Positions 1 through 9,750 of a DNA stretch of 64,000 nt are shown in pieces. The notes beneath the pieces were generated by a model. That model made no database searches, had not been told where the DNA came from, and worked only from the letters and a program-made list of their open reading frames with translations. The position numbers and the translations under genes were made by a program. Within the stretch, counting starts at the first letter, position 1. The number at the start of each line of letters is the position of its first letter. Origin of the DNA: an uncultured Gemmatimonadaceae bacterium (GTDB lineage Bacteria; Gemmatimonadota; Gemmatimonadetes; Gemmatimonadales; Gemmatimonadaceae); the NCBI GenBank assembly GCA_963740355.1, contig CAVUDW010000002.1, forward strand, positions 1,184,001 through 1,248,000, written 5' to 3'.

Positions 1-2
1 TG

Positions 3-248
3 TTCAGTGGCGACACCCCTGAGATCATGCTGGTGCGCTACTCGCCACGGATCGCCGGATGGATTGCAGAGCGCGAGGGACGCACGCTCGAGGCCGACGG
101 AAGTTTGGTCCTCGAGCACCCGCTGGCGGACATGGAATGGGCGGTGCGACATGTCCTGCAGTACGGCCCGGAGGCGGAGGTGCTGCAGCCAGCGTCCTTG
201 CGCCAGCGTCTGCGGGATCGACTCGATCGAGTAGTGAACGCGATGTGA
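3..248 (+). CDS. WYL-domain transcriptional regulator, C-terminal (WCX) part; 5'-truncated by the window edge
   Basis: Frame is open from position 3. The C-terminus 'EWAVRHVLQYGPEAEVLQPASLRQRL' matches the PafC/WCX pattern W..L..G...EV..P..LR. Confidence 0.75.
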   Translation, partial: FSGDTPEIMLVRYSPRIAGWIAEREGRTLEADGSLVLEHPLADMEWAVRHVLQYGPEAEVLQPASLRQRLRDRLDRVVNAM

Positions 249-307
249 CGGTGACGCGTCATCGCGCCAGTCCGAACATCCGACTGGCGCGATGGCACAT
301 GTCTCGA

Positions 308-1117
308 TCAGCGCCCGCTGGTGACTTCCATCATCCCGCTGATGCTGCGCCGCGCGTCGTCGAGCCCACCGCGCAGGGTGAAGGCGCGATCCCGGACGCT
401 GCCGCTGGTGTTGCCGAGCGCGGCGCGCAACGCGCGACGACCGTCATCGGGGACCACGTTGCCGAGCGCGAGCAGCCCCTTCGACGTAATTTCGTAGATG
501 GCGACCGTGGCGTCGGGTTGCCCATCGTTGAACAGCGGCACGCCGCGCTGAATGGCGAGGTCGATCAGTTCGAGCGCGCTCCGGCCGGCACCGCTGCCGT
601 TGCTGGCAGCACGTTCCGCCGGCAACAACACTCGATCGATCACATGGATCAGGCCATTGCTGGCCGGCACGTCGGCGATCCGCACGACCGCGTCGTTGAT
701 CCGGAGCTGGTCACCGCTGGTCGTGATGCGCACACTCTGGCCCGCCACCGTCTCGGCGCTATTTACGCCTCGGGCTTGTGCGGCGGTCACGCGGCCTGCG
801 ATCACGTGATAGGTGAGGATCGTGCGGAGCTTGTCGCGATTCTCCGGCTTCAGGAGATCCTGCACCGTGCCATTGGGCAGCCGCGCGAACGCCTCGTCGG
901 TCGGGGCGAAAAGTGTGTACGGTCCGCGGCCGAGCAGCGTCTCGGTGAGGCCGGCGGCATCGACGGCGGCAAGCAAGGTGGTAAACTGTCCGGCAGTCTT
1001 GGCGACCTGCGGAATCGACGGGCTGCGTGACGGGTGCTGGGCGGTGAGCGGTGATGCGCAGGCCAGCAGCAGGCCAGCGGCGAGTGTCGGTAGTGTTGGC
1101 GAGAACGTGACACGCAT
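308..1117 (-). CDS. Secreted fasciclin (FAS1) domain protein with an extra C-terminal helical domain
   Basis: FAS1 motifs 'FTTLLAAV', 'YTLFAPTDEAF', 'ILTYHVI' and 'ASNGLIHVIDRVLLP'. Signal peptide follows the ATG at 1117, which has GGAG upstream. Confidence 0.92.
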   Translation of the reverse strand: MRVTFSPTLPTLAAGLLLACASPLTAQHPSRSPSIPQVAKTAGQFTTLLAAVDAAGLTETLLGRGPYTLFAPTDEAFARLPNGTVQDLLKPENRDKLRTILTYHVIAGRVTAAQARGVNSAETVAGQSVRITTSGDQLRINDAVVRIADVPASNGLIHVIDRVLLPAERAASNGSGAGRSALELIDLAIQRGVPLFNDGQPDATVAIYEITSKGLLALGNVVPDDGRRALRAALGNTSGSVRDRAFTLRGGLDDARRSISGMMEVTSGR

Positions 1118-1180
1118 GGAGTGGCTCCGTGAGGCGAGATGAGGTGCAGCAAAGGGACGGGACATCGTGATGCCCTGCGG

Positions 1181-1205
1181 TTCGCCGGGTGGCAGGAACC
1201 GGATG
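1181..1205 (-). promoter_or_regulatory. ECF sigma (SigK-type) promoter for the fasciclin gene
   Basis: Minus strand reads CATCC (1205-1201), N16, CGAA (1184-1181). Resembles the M. tuberculosis SigK consensus CCATCC-N15-CCGAA. Confidence 0.7.
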
Positions 1206-1233
1206 CAGCCTGTCTCGGCGGCCAATCGGGCTG

Positions 1234-1258
1234 CATCCGAAACCATCGGCGCGACGAA
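1234..1258 (+). promoter_or_regulatory. ECF sigma (SigK-type) autoregulatory promoter for the sigma/anti-sigma operon
   Basis: Plus strand reads CATCC (1234-1238), N16, CGAA (1255-1258). Same architecture as the divergent copy. Confidence 0.7.
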
Positions 1259-1302
1259 CTGCTTCAGCATTCAGGCATTGACGAGGCCGATTTGGAGCAG
1301 GC

Positions 1303-1965
1303 ATGGCGCAAGGACGACCCGCGGGGATGGATGACATGACGCGAGCCACCGGTGGTGAGCCGGCGCGCGGGCATCTGGCATTGGTGTCCGATGTTGCGGT
1401 GCCCGGCAGTGCGCCACTCGATCCGTTGCTGCCGCGCATTGCGGCGGGCGACGAGCGTGCGGTGCGCGATTGTGTCGCGCGTTATGGCGCGTTGGTCTGG
1501 TCGCTGGCACGACGCTGGTCGGCCGAGTCGGGCGACGCCGAGGACGCGGTGCAGGAAATCTTCATCGACCTGTGGCGGACGGCCGCGCGGTATGACACGT
1601 CGCGTACGAGCGAGGCAGGGTGGGTGGCAATGATCGCTCGTCGCCGACTGATCGACCGTGCACGGAAGCGGGAGCGGTTGCCGGCGCTGGAATCCATGCC
1701 TGAGGACTTCGACGTAGCGAGTGAGTCCGAGCGCGACCTCGATCGCGAGTGGCGCGCGGAGCAGGCTCGCGCCGTGTTGCGCGAGTTGCCGCCCGCGCAG
1801 CGCCGGATGCTCGAACTCTCGCTCGTGCACGGCCGCACGCACGACGAGATCGCACGTGAGACAGAAACACCGCTGGGGACCGTCAAGTCGCACATCCGTC
1901 GTGGGCTGCAACGCGCTCGCGACCTTCTGGCGGAACGGGCCCCGAACGACGCTGGAGAGGCATAG
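1303..1965 (+). CDS. ECF RNA polymerase sigma factor, SigK-like (start may be 1330 or 1337)
   Basis: Region 2 'DAEDAVQEIFIDLWR' and 'IARRRLID'; region 4 'THDEIARETETPLGTVKSHIRRGL'. Followed by an RskA-like gene. Confidence 0.93.
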   Translation: MAQGRPAGMDDMTRATGGEPARGHLALVSDVAVPGSAPLDPLLPRIAAGDERAVRDCVARYGALVWSLARRWSAESGDAEDAVQEIFIDLWRTAARYDTSRTSEAGWVAMIARRRLIDRARKRERLPALESMPEDFDVASESERDLDREWRAEQARAVLRELPPAQRRMLELSLVHGRTHDEIARETETPLGTVKSHIRRGLQRARDLLAERAPNDAGEA

Positions 1966-2792
1966 TGCAGAACGACATGGAAGACGAACGGCTGGGCGAG
2001 TTGCTGATGCAACGTGCGATCGGTGCACTGAGCGCACCGGAAGCCGATGCACTCGCGCAGGCACTGGCCAAACTGCCGCCAGGCGAAGTGGCGCGATGGG
2101 AAGCCGCAGCCGCCGAGCTGGCCGCGGCGTTCAACGCTGATGCCAGCTCGCAAGAGCTGCTGCCACCGTCACTGGCCGATCGCGTGATCAGTGCCGGCGA
2201 GGCGATCGTGCGGTCACAACCCCGCGTGATGCCGATGCAGGCCACCGTGGCAGCGCCCGTGGCGCCAGCGCCGGTACCTCGGGTGAGCGCGATGGCCTGG
2301 ACGGGATGGTTTGCCGCAGCGGCCGCCTTGCTGCTCTGGCTCGCCCCGCCGCGCTCACCGGCCGCGGTGCCCGTCGACGCACGGGTGAGCGGCATCGCGA
2401 AGCTGCGCGATTCCTTGCTGATCGTCGACATCGCCACCAAGCACCTGGCGTGGAACGCCACCACCGACAGCTCGGCCATCGGTGCCAGCGGCGATGTGGT
2501 GTGGAGCGATCACGCGCAGCGGGGTGTGATGCGGATCGCCGGCTTGAAGCCGAACGATCGGACCCGTTGGCAGTACCAGCTCTGGATCTTCGACGCCAAG
2601 CGTGACCAGAAGTATCCGGTCGATGGCGGCGTGTTCGACATCCCGGCCGGGCAATCCGAGGTGCTGGTGCCGATCGACGCCCGCGTGCCGGTTGGCGACG
2701 CGGTGATGTTTGCCGTGACCGTCGAGCCCGCGGGTGGTGTGGTGGTGTCCACCCGCGAGCGAATCGCACTTCTCGCGCAGCGCGGCACCTGA
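1965..2792 (+). CDS. Anti-sigma factor, RskA family
   Basis: N-terminal anti-sigma helix 'AIGALSAPE', one TM segment, and C-terminal 'QYQLWI' and 'FAVTVEPAGG' motifs. Start overlaps the sigma stop codon. Confidence 0.9.
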   Translation: MQNDMEDERLGELLMQRAIGALSAPEADALAQALAKLPPGEVARWEAAAAELAAAFNADASSQELLPPSLADRVISAGEAIVRSQPRVMPMQATVAAPVAPAPVPRVSAMAWTGWFAAAAALLLWLAPPRSPAAVPVDARVSGIAKLRDSLLIVDIATKHLAWNATTDSSAIGASGDVVWSDHAQRGVMRIAGLKPNDRTRWQYQLWIFDAKRDQKYPVDGGVFDIPAGQSEVLVPIDARVPVGDAVMFAVTVEPAGGVVVSTRERIALLAQRGT

Positions 2793-2821
2793 GCCGCACC
2801 GCGCGAGACGTGCCTCGTGCC

Positions 2822-4126
2822 TCACGCGATGGCGAACGGCTGCTCGAGGCTGCGTGACTGCGGGGTGAGCAGGCGAGCGCCGTTCTCGGTGATGACCATG
2901 TCATCCTCGAGCCGGATGCCGAACTCGCCGGGGATGTAGATGCCTGGCTCGTCCGAGAACACCATGCCGGTTTGCAGCGGCATGGTGTTGCCCTTCACCA
3001 GGTACGGCCACTCATGGCCGTCCATGCCCATGCCGTGCCCCACGCGATGCGTGAAGTACTTGTATCCCGGGCCGAAGCCCCCATCGGCGATCACCTTGCG
3101 GGCGGCTGCGTCCACTGATTCGGCCGGCACTCCTGGCTTCGCGGCGGCCAGCGCGGCGCTCTGGGCGCGGAATTCGATCTCGAACACATCCTTCATTCGC
3201 TGCGTTGCCTTGCCGAGCACGAAGGTGCGCGAGATGTCGGAGCAGTAGCCTTCCACCTTGCAGCCGCCGTCGATCAGTACGATCGAACCTTCGCGGATGA
3301 CCTGCGGCTTGGCGGAGCCATGAGGAAGGGCGGAGAACTCGCCGACCTGCGCACCGGCGCTGCCATCGTAGCCCAACTGCTTGTGTGCGTCCTGCACCAG
3401 CACCTGGAACTGTGATTGCGTCATGCCATCGGTGAGCGACTTCCAGGCGGCTTCGTAGGCAGCCAGCGTCACCTTGGACGCATGCTCCATCAGCGCGATC
3501 TCGTGTGCATCCTTCACCATCCGGCAGCCGGCGCTGATCGGCGTGCCGCTGACGAAGCGGCCGCCCGGAAGCGCCTTCGACATGTTGTCGGCAAACACGA
3601 AGCGCGTGGTTTCCTCCACGCCGACGGTTGCCGTGGCGAGCCCGCGCTCGCGAAAGCCCTTCGCAATCAGCGCGTGCGGATTTTCATCTTCCTCCCACGC
3701 GTAGACCTGCGCGTCGGAGCCCAGCGGGCCTTCGTGCGCCTGCTCCATGGCACGCCCTTCCTCGAACTTCGGCGTCACGAGGAATGCCGAGCCGCGCACC
3801 GGAATCACCGCTGCCAACATGCGTTCGCTGACGCCCCAGCGGATGCCGGTGAAATACTCCATCGAGGTGCCGCCCGTCAGCACCAGCGCGTCGATCTTCG
3901 CTTCGCGCATCAGCTTGCGCGCCTTCTCGATGCGTGCGCGGCGTTCATCGACGCTGATCGGTGTCACGCCGGCGGTCATTGGCCGGAGTGCGCGGATCGG
4001 CGCGGGAAGCGCGGAGTGCGCGACATCTGCCGTGGCGGCGTGCAGATCGGTTGGACGCATGCCGAGCGCGGCTCCGGCCAGCGTGACGGATGATGCAGAA
4101 AGGAACTGACGACGCGACGAGGACAT
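2822..4126 (-). CDS. Tat-exported Xaa-Pro peptidase (M24 family)
   Basis: Twin-arginine leader 'SRRQFL'. M24 metal motifs DGG, SDISRT, HRVGHGMGMDGHE, EPGIY and GIRLED. Confidence 0.92.
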   Translation of the reverse strand: MSSSRRQFLSASSVTLAGAALGMRPTDLHAATADVAHSALPAPIRALRPMTAGVTPISVDERRARIEKARKLMREAKIDALVLTGGTSMEYFTGIRWGVSERMLAAVIPVRGSAFLVTPKFEEGRAMEQAHEGPLGSDAQVYAWEEDENPHALIAKGFRERGLATATVGVEETTRFVFADNMSKALPGGRFVSGTPISAGCRMVKDAHEIALMEHASKVTLAAYEAAWKSLTDGMTQSQFQVLVQDAHKQLGYDGSAGAQVGEFSALPHGSAKPQVIREGSIVLIDGGCKVEGYCSDISRTFVLGKATQRMKDVFEIEFRAQSAALAAAKPGVPAESVDAAARKVIADGGFGPGYKYFTHRVGHGMGMDGHEWPYLVKGNTMPLQTGMVFSDEPGIYIPGEFGIRLEDDMVITENGARLLTPQSRSLEQPFAIA

Positions 4127-4350
4127 GGCGGAGCGGGGCGAAGGGCTCGGAAGGGATCGGCCGACGGGCGGCGGACTGCGTCGTCCGCGCTCCGAGAATA
4201 TGCGAGCCTGCCACGTTGCGCGCACACCCTCTGACATGTCAGCTGCGAGGGCGTTTGCCACAACGTTCCGCCTGATGCCCCCGCTATACCTTTGCCGGCG
4301 ACCACGCCCGTCGTACCCGGTCGCCTTGCGCTCCCTTCAGTCCGATCCCA

Positions 4351-5658
4351 GTGCTGCGAATTCTGTGCGCCCGCGTGCTCCTCTGTCTTGCCTCCCTCGC
4401 ACTCGCGGCCTGCGGCAAGGGCAAGGAGTCGCCGACGGCAGTGGTGGTGGTTCCGCCGCCACCGCAGGTCGACCTGCAAGCCGCCACGCAGAAACTTCCG
4501 CTGCTCAGCATCACCACCGCGACCGGTGCTGACATCACGTCGAAGCTGATCTACGTGCCAGCGACGTTGGCCATCGCAGACTCGACGGGGGCTACGATCG
4601 TGCAGGGGGCGATGGAAATCCGCGGGCGTGGTAACACCACCTGGGAGATGCCGAAGAAGCCCTATCGCCTCAAGCTCACCACCAGCACCTCGTTGCTCGG
4701 AATGCCCGCGAACAAGAATTGGGTGTTGCTGGCGAACTATTCCGACAAGACGATGCTGCGCAATGACCTCACGTTCGAGCTCAGTCGGATGGTGGGCCTG
4801 GCGTGGACCCCGAGATCACGATTCGTCGATGTGCAGCTCAACGGTCGCTATCAGGGCGTCTACCAACTGGTGGAGCATGTGCGCGTGGCCCCGGAGCGCG
4901 TGAACATCACCGCGATGAAGATCACGGATACGTCGGCCACCAACATCACGGGTGGTTACCTGCTGGAGGTGGACGAGCGGCGCGGCGAGACGTTCTGCTT
5001 CAACTCGACGAAGACGACGATGGTGTTTTGCGTCGGCGATCCTGACGCGTTGCTGGATCCGGGATGGGAGCGGCAACGCGCCTACATCACCAACTACATG
5101 GCGCGCACCGACACCGCCATCTTCGCCAGTAATTTCGCAGACCCGACCGCGGGCTACGCAGCCTTTCTCGATGTCGAGTCGGTGATCAACTACTACATCG
5201 TGCAGGAAGTGGTGAAGAACGTCGATGGCAACCTCCGCTTCGGTGGCTACATGTACAAGCCACGCGAAGGGAAGCTGACCTTTGGCCCAGTGTGGGACTT
5301 CGACCTCGCGATCGGCAACGTCAACTACAATGGCGCTGATCGGACCGATGGCTGGTATGCGCGTCAGGCGCAGTGGTACACGCGGCTGATGCAGGACCCC
5401 GCCTTCAAGGCGCGGTTCACGGCGCGATATGGGGAGTTGAAGAGTTCCGGCAAGCTCGATTCCCTGAAGAACCTCGTCTTCTCGCGCGCGAACTACCTGA
5501 GCGTGGTGCAGGTGCGGAATTTCGAGCGCTGGCCCATCCTCGGCACCTGGGTCTGGCCCAATCGCGTGGTGACGGGCTCGTACGACGGCGAGACGATCGC
5601 GCTCAAGACCTGGTTGATCGATCGCATCAACTGGATGGACGCCGAAGTCGCTCGGTGA
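4351..5658 (+). CDS. CotH-family kinase, predicted lipoprotein
   Basis: Motifs 'RGRGNTTW', 'KKPYRLKL', 'WVLLANYSDKTMLRN' and 'GPVWDFDLAIGN'. Lipobox LAAC. Confidence 0.88.
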   Translation: MLRILCARVLLCLASLALAACGKGKESPTAVVVVPPPPQVDLQAATQKLPLLSITTATGADITSKLIYVPATLAIADSTGATIVQGAMEIRGRGNTTWEMPKKPYRLKLTTSTSLLGMPANKNWVLLANYSDKTMLRNDLTFELSRMVGLAWTPRSRFVDVQLNGRYQGVYQLVEHVRVAPERVNITAMKITDTSATNITGGYLLEVDERRGETFCFNSTKTTMVFCVGDPDALLDPGWERQRAYITNYMARTDTAIFASNFADPTAGYAAFLDVESVINYYIVQEVVKNVDGNLRFGGYMYKPREGKLTFGPVWDFDLAIGNVNYNGADRTDGWYARQAQWYTRLMQDPAFKARFTARYGELKSSGKLDSLKNLVFSRANYLSVVQVRNFERWPILGTWVWPNRVVTGSYDGETIALKTWLIDRINWMDAEVAR

Positions 5659-5792
5659 GGCGCTCCGGCCGCTGACCAGCCACGGTGTCTCGAGGCGGTC
5701 GGGCCGGTGGCCGTTGTCGGTGCGGTCGGGGGGGAGGTATGATCCGTGAGGCGCCTGTGGCGCCCGCCCTCACTCCCCCACCGGATCGGCTC

Positions 5793-7220
5793 ATGTCCAG
5801 CGCTCGACGCCAGCTTGCCTCCCTGCTTGCCGGGTTACTCCTCCCCGTTGCCGCCACGGCGCAAGCGACGCCGCTCACGCCGCACCAGAAGGCGGCGCGC
5901 GACATCTACGAGCAACTGGTCGAGATCAACACCGTCGACTCGGTGGGGTCCGTCACCAACGCGGTCCAGGCCATGGCCGCCCGCTTCCGCGCGGCCGGGT
6001 TTCCAGCAGCAGACATCCATGTCCTCATTCCGCCGGGCGCGCCGACAAAGGGCAACCTGGTGGTGCGCTATCGCGGTCGCGCCGGCACACTCAAGCCGCT
6101 GCTGTTGCTTGCCCACCTCGACGTCGTCGCGGCCCTTCGCACCGATTGGTCGCGAGATCCGTTCGAGCTGCAGGAAGCGAACGGCTTCTTCTACGGTCGC
6201 GGCACGGCGGACGACAAGGCGATGGCATCGATGTTCGTCGCCAACCTCCTTCGCTACAAGAAGGAAGGGTTCGTGCCGGCGCGTGACCTGATTCTGGCGC
6301 TCACGGCGGACGAGGAAGGCGGCGCATCGAATGGCGTCGAGTTCCTGGTCAAGAATCATCGGTCGCTGATCGACGCGGCCTACGCCATCAACGAAGGTGG
6401 TGGTGGCACGCTGAATGGCACCACGCCGCTCTTCCACTCCGTGCAGGCGGCCGAGAAGGTGCCGGTGAACTTCACGCTCACGGTGCTCAATCCAGGCGGG
6501 CATTCGAGCGTGCCGCGGCCCGACAACGCGATCAACCAGCTCGCGGCCGGCCTCGTCAACCTTGCGCGTTACACCTTCCCGGTCGCGCTGAACGCCATCA
6601 CCAAGCCATTCCTCGAAGAGACGGCCAAGGTCGAGAAGCCGGAAGTTGCGGCAGCGATGCGCGCCGTGGCCGCGAATCCGCGCGATAGTGTCGCGGCCGC
6701 CGCACTGTCGCGTGACCCACGCTACGCCTCGATGCTCCGCACGTCCTGCGTGGCCACGCGACTGGGCGGTGGGCATGCCTACAATGCGCTGCCGCAAACG
6801 GCCACGGCGAACGTGAACTGTCGCATCGTGCCGACGTCGACGCTGGAAGAAGTGAAGGCAACCATCGAGCGCGTGATCGACGACACCTCGGTTCACGTGA
6901 CGCTGATGAAGGAGACCACAGAAAAGTTCGGCGTCGCGCCGGATGCGATCGATCCCACGTTGCTTGGCAGCGCCACCGCGCTGACGAAGCAGATGTGGGG
7001 CGATATCCCGGTGATCCCGACGATGAGCACAGGTGCCACCGACGGGCGCTTCCTGCGGGCCGTTGGCATCCCGACCTACGGTGTGAGCGGCATCTTCTCG
7101 CAGCCGGGCGAGAACAACGCGCATGGACGCGATGAGAAGCTGCGCACCCGTTCGTACTACGAGGGGCTCGACTTCCTCTACAACCTCGTGAAGCAGGTCG
7201 CGGGCACGATCGCGATGTGA
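5793..7220 (+). CDS. Secreted M20/M25/M40 metallo-hydrolase
   Basis: Motifs 'LLAHLDVV', 'GRGTADDK', 'DEEGG', 'GGHSSVP', 'GATDG' and 'AHGRDE'. Signal peptide from ATG 5793. Confidence 0.92.
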   Translation: MSSARRQLASLLAGLLLPVAATAQATPLTPHQKAARDIYEQLVEINTVDSVGSVTNAVQAMAARFRAAGFPAADIHVLIPPGAPTKGNLVVRYRGRAGTLKPLLLLAHLDVVAALRTDWSRDPFELQEANGFFYGRGTADDKAMASMFVANLLRYKKEGFVPARDLILALTADEEGGASNGVEFLVKNHRSLIDAAYAINEGGGGTLNGTTPLFHSVQAAEKVPVNFTLTVLNPGGHSSVPRPDNAINQLAAGLVNLARYTFPVALNAITKPFLEETAKVEKPEVAAAMRAVAANPRDSVAAAALSRDPRYASMLRTSCVATRLGGGHAYNALPQTATANVNCRIVPTSTLEEVKATIERVIDDTSVHVTLMKETTEKFGVAPDAIDPTLLGSATALTKQMWGDIPVIPTMSTGATDGRFLRAVGIPTYGVSGIFSQPGENNAHGRDEKLRTRSYYEGLDFLYNLVKQVAGTIAM

Positions 7221-7330
7221 GCCGTGGCTCCGAGGCGGGCGTCGCACGACGCGTCCGTCTCCGAGCTGAGCTCGACCGTGCCGCCGCTGCCACCGTGCTG
7301 CGGGATGGTGCAATTTGAGTCACCGTGAAC

Positions 7331-9748
7331 ATGGCCCTCCGTTTCACTCGTCCTGGTCGCTTCCTGCTGCTGGCCTGCTGCGCCGCTGGTGCGCTGTCGG
7401 CGCAGCAGCCGGCGGCGCGACTTCGGCTGAGCGGCTACGTTCGGAGCCTCGCCAGTCGCGAGGTGGTGCGACGCGCTGAGATCAGCGTCGACGGCGACCT
7501 GTCGCGCGTCGAGAGCAACGACGACGGCTTCTATTCGCTCCTGCTGGCCAGCGGCCGGCATCGGATCCGCATCCGCGCCATCGGGTTCGTGCCGCTCGAC
7601 ACGACGGTGATGATCAGTGCCGTCACCGCACACGACTTCCTGCTTGCGACGCGCAAGGTCACGCTCGCATCCGTCACGGTCGCGGCCGATGGTGACGGTG
7701 ATCGCCCCGACCTCGATCCGCGCACGCCGGACATGAGTGTGGTGCGGCTCGACCTGGCGGCGATGAAGCTGCTGCCGCCCGTGCTTGGTGAGCCCGATCC
7801 TATTCGCAGCCTGACACTGTTGCCGGGCGTGTCGCTCTCCAGTGACGCATCAACCGCCTTCAGCGTGCGCGGTGGCGCCGCCGACCAGAATCTCTTCCTG
7901 CTCGACGAGGCGACGATCTACAACCCGAGTCACATCCTCGGCTTCCTGTCGACCTTCAACAGCGATGCCGTGGACAATGTGATGCTCTACAAGGGGGCCA
8001 TCCCGCCGCGGTTCGGTGGGCGCCTGTCGTCGGTCGTGGATGTTCGCCAGCGCGAAGGCAATGCCAACGAGTTCGTCGGCTCGGCTGCCATCGGGCTGCT
8101 GGCGAGTCGGCTGGCTTTGGAAGGGCCGCTGCCGCGTGGCCTTCGCGGTTCGTACATGTTCGCCGCGCGCCGATCCTACGCCGACCTCTTCACCCGCTTC
8201 TCGAGTGACTCGAGTGTGCGCGATGCGAAGGCCTATTTCTACGACATCAACGCGAAAACGAACCTGCGACTGGGCCAGAGCGGTGCCCTGCTGTTGTCGG
8301 GCTATCTGGGGCGCGATCGTTTTGCGCCGAACGCGGAACTGGGCGCTGGGTGGGGGAACAAGGCCGCCACCGTGCGGTGGAACCAGGCGATTGCAGGGCG
8401 CCTGTTTTCGAAGGTCACGACGTCATGGGGCGACTACGACTATCGCCTCGACCTGGCCATCGCCCCGCGCGACTCCGTGGCCTGGCGATCGCGCATCCGC
8501 AGCCTCGACGTGAAGGTCGATGAAACGTTGTACCTGTCGGCGAACAACTCCATCGAATTCGGCGTGCAGTACACCGACCAGGAGTTTCGTCCCGGCACCG
8601 TCGAGCCCCGCTCGGCATCGCAGACATTCCATCGCCGCGAAGTCTCACCCCGTTTCGGCATCTCGCCGGCTGTCTACATCGGGCAGGAACTCACGGTCGG
8701 CCCGCGCGTCGCGCTGCACTATGGGCTACGGTATGCGGGCTTCGTGCGGCGCGGCGGCGCCACGATCTACGAGTACCGCGACAACGCGCCGGTAGTCTAC
8801 AACGCAGCGCTCGCGCGTTATGAGCCGGGCACCTTGCTCGACAGCACCGTGTACCGCTCCGGTGCCACGGTGGAGTCATTCCGCGGGTTCGAACCGCGGT
8901 TGTCGGGACGCGTGCTGCTCACGGAGACGTCGAGCCTGAAGGCCAGCTATGCGCGAACGCAGCAGTTCCTGTTGCTGGCATCGAAGACGAATTCCATCAG
9001 CCCACTCGACGTCTGGGAACCGGTCGGTCCGTATGTGAAGCCGCAGGTCGCCGATCAGTACGCCGTTGGATTCAGTCGAGCGGGCACTGCGTGGGAGCTG
9101 TCGATGGAGGCGTACTGGAAGAAGGCGAAGAACGTCGTCGACTTCATCGATGGAGCGGACGTGGTGCTCAATCCGCGAATCGAGACACTGCTCGTGCAAG
9201 GCGAGGGGCGCGCATATGGCGTGGAGCTGCTGGCGCGCAGGTCGACAGGTCTCGTGACGGGGTGGATCAGTTACACCCTGGGCCGCTCCGAGCAGCGGTT
9301 CCCTGTGCCCGCACGATCAGGCGCAGTCTCTGGTGGCGGGATCAATGGAGGCCGGTACTACGCGAGTCCTTTCGACAAGACACACAACCTGTCGGTCGTG
9401 GCGCTCCGACCGTTGGGTCCGAAATGGACGCTGGGCGGCACGTTCTCTCTTGCCAGCGGACTGCCGGCCACCTTCCCGGTGGCGCGCTACCTGATCGATG
9501 GCCTGCTGGTCACCGAATATGGGGCACGCAATTCATCGCGCCTGCCGGTGTATCACCGTCTCGACCTGAGCGCGACGCGTACGTTCTCGCGCGGTGAGCT
9601 GCAGCTGGGCGTGTTGAATGCCTACAACCGGTTCAACGCGCAGGCCCTGCGTTTTCGGCAACAGGTGGCCAACCCGTTGGTCGCCGAGGCCGTGCAGACC
9701 GCAATTTTCGGCATCGTGCCGAGTATCACATACGTCTTCCATTTCTGA
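7331..9748 (+). CDS. TonB-dependent receptor with N-terminal carboxypeptidase-regulatory-like domain
   Basis: Plug 'LPGV...SVRGGAADQNLFLLD...IYNPSH' and 'YKGAIPPRFGGRLSSV'. Ends in Phe ('ITYVFHF'). Confidence 0.92.
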   Translation: MALRFTRPGRFLLLACCAAGALSAQQPAARLRLSGYVRSLASREVVRRAEISVDGDLSRVESNDDGFYSLLLASGRHRIRIRAIGFVPLDTTVMISAVTAHDFLLATRKVTLASVTVAADGDGDRPDLDPRTPDMSVVRLDLAAMKLLPPVLGEPDPIRSLTLLPGVSLSSDASTAFSVRGGAADQNLFLLDEATIYNPSHILGFLSTFNSDAVDNVMLYKGAIPPRFGGRLSSVVDVRQREGNANEFVGSAAIGLLASRLALEGPLPRGLRGSYMFAARRSYADLFTRFSSDSSVRDAKAYFYDINAKTNLRLGQSGALLLSGYLGRDRFAPNAELGAGWGNKAATVRWNQAIAGRLFSKVTTSWGDYDYRLDLAIAPRDSVAWRSRIRSLDVKVDETLYLSANNSIEFGVQYTDQEFRPGTVEPRSASQTFHRREVSPRFGISPAVYIGQELTVGPRVALHYGLRYAGFVRRGGATIYEYRDNAPVVYNAALARYEPGTLLDSTVYRSGATVESFRGFEPRLSGRVLLTETSSLKASYARTQQFLLLASKTNSISPLDVWEPVGPYVKPQVADQYAVGFSRAGTAWELSMEAYWKKAKNVVDFIDGADVVLNPRIETLLVQGEGRAYGVELLARRSTGLVTGWISYTLGRSEQRFPVPARSGAVSGGGINGGRYYASPFDKTHNLSVVALRPLGPKWTLGGTFSLASGLPATFPVARYLIDGLLVTEYGARNSSRLPVYHRLDLSATRTFSRGELQLGVLNAYNRFNAQALRFRQQVANPLVAEAVQTAIFGIVPSITYVFHF

Positions 9749-9750
9749 CG

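Noticed and set aside
1..248. WYL protein as a marker of a defence or CRISPR locus
   Set aside because: Only the C-terminus is visible and no defence genes follow it. The upstream context lies outside the window.
7228..7265. GC hairpin after the M20 gene as a REP family member
   Set aside because: I found no second copy in the window and there is no U tract. It is at most a local hairpin.
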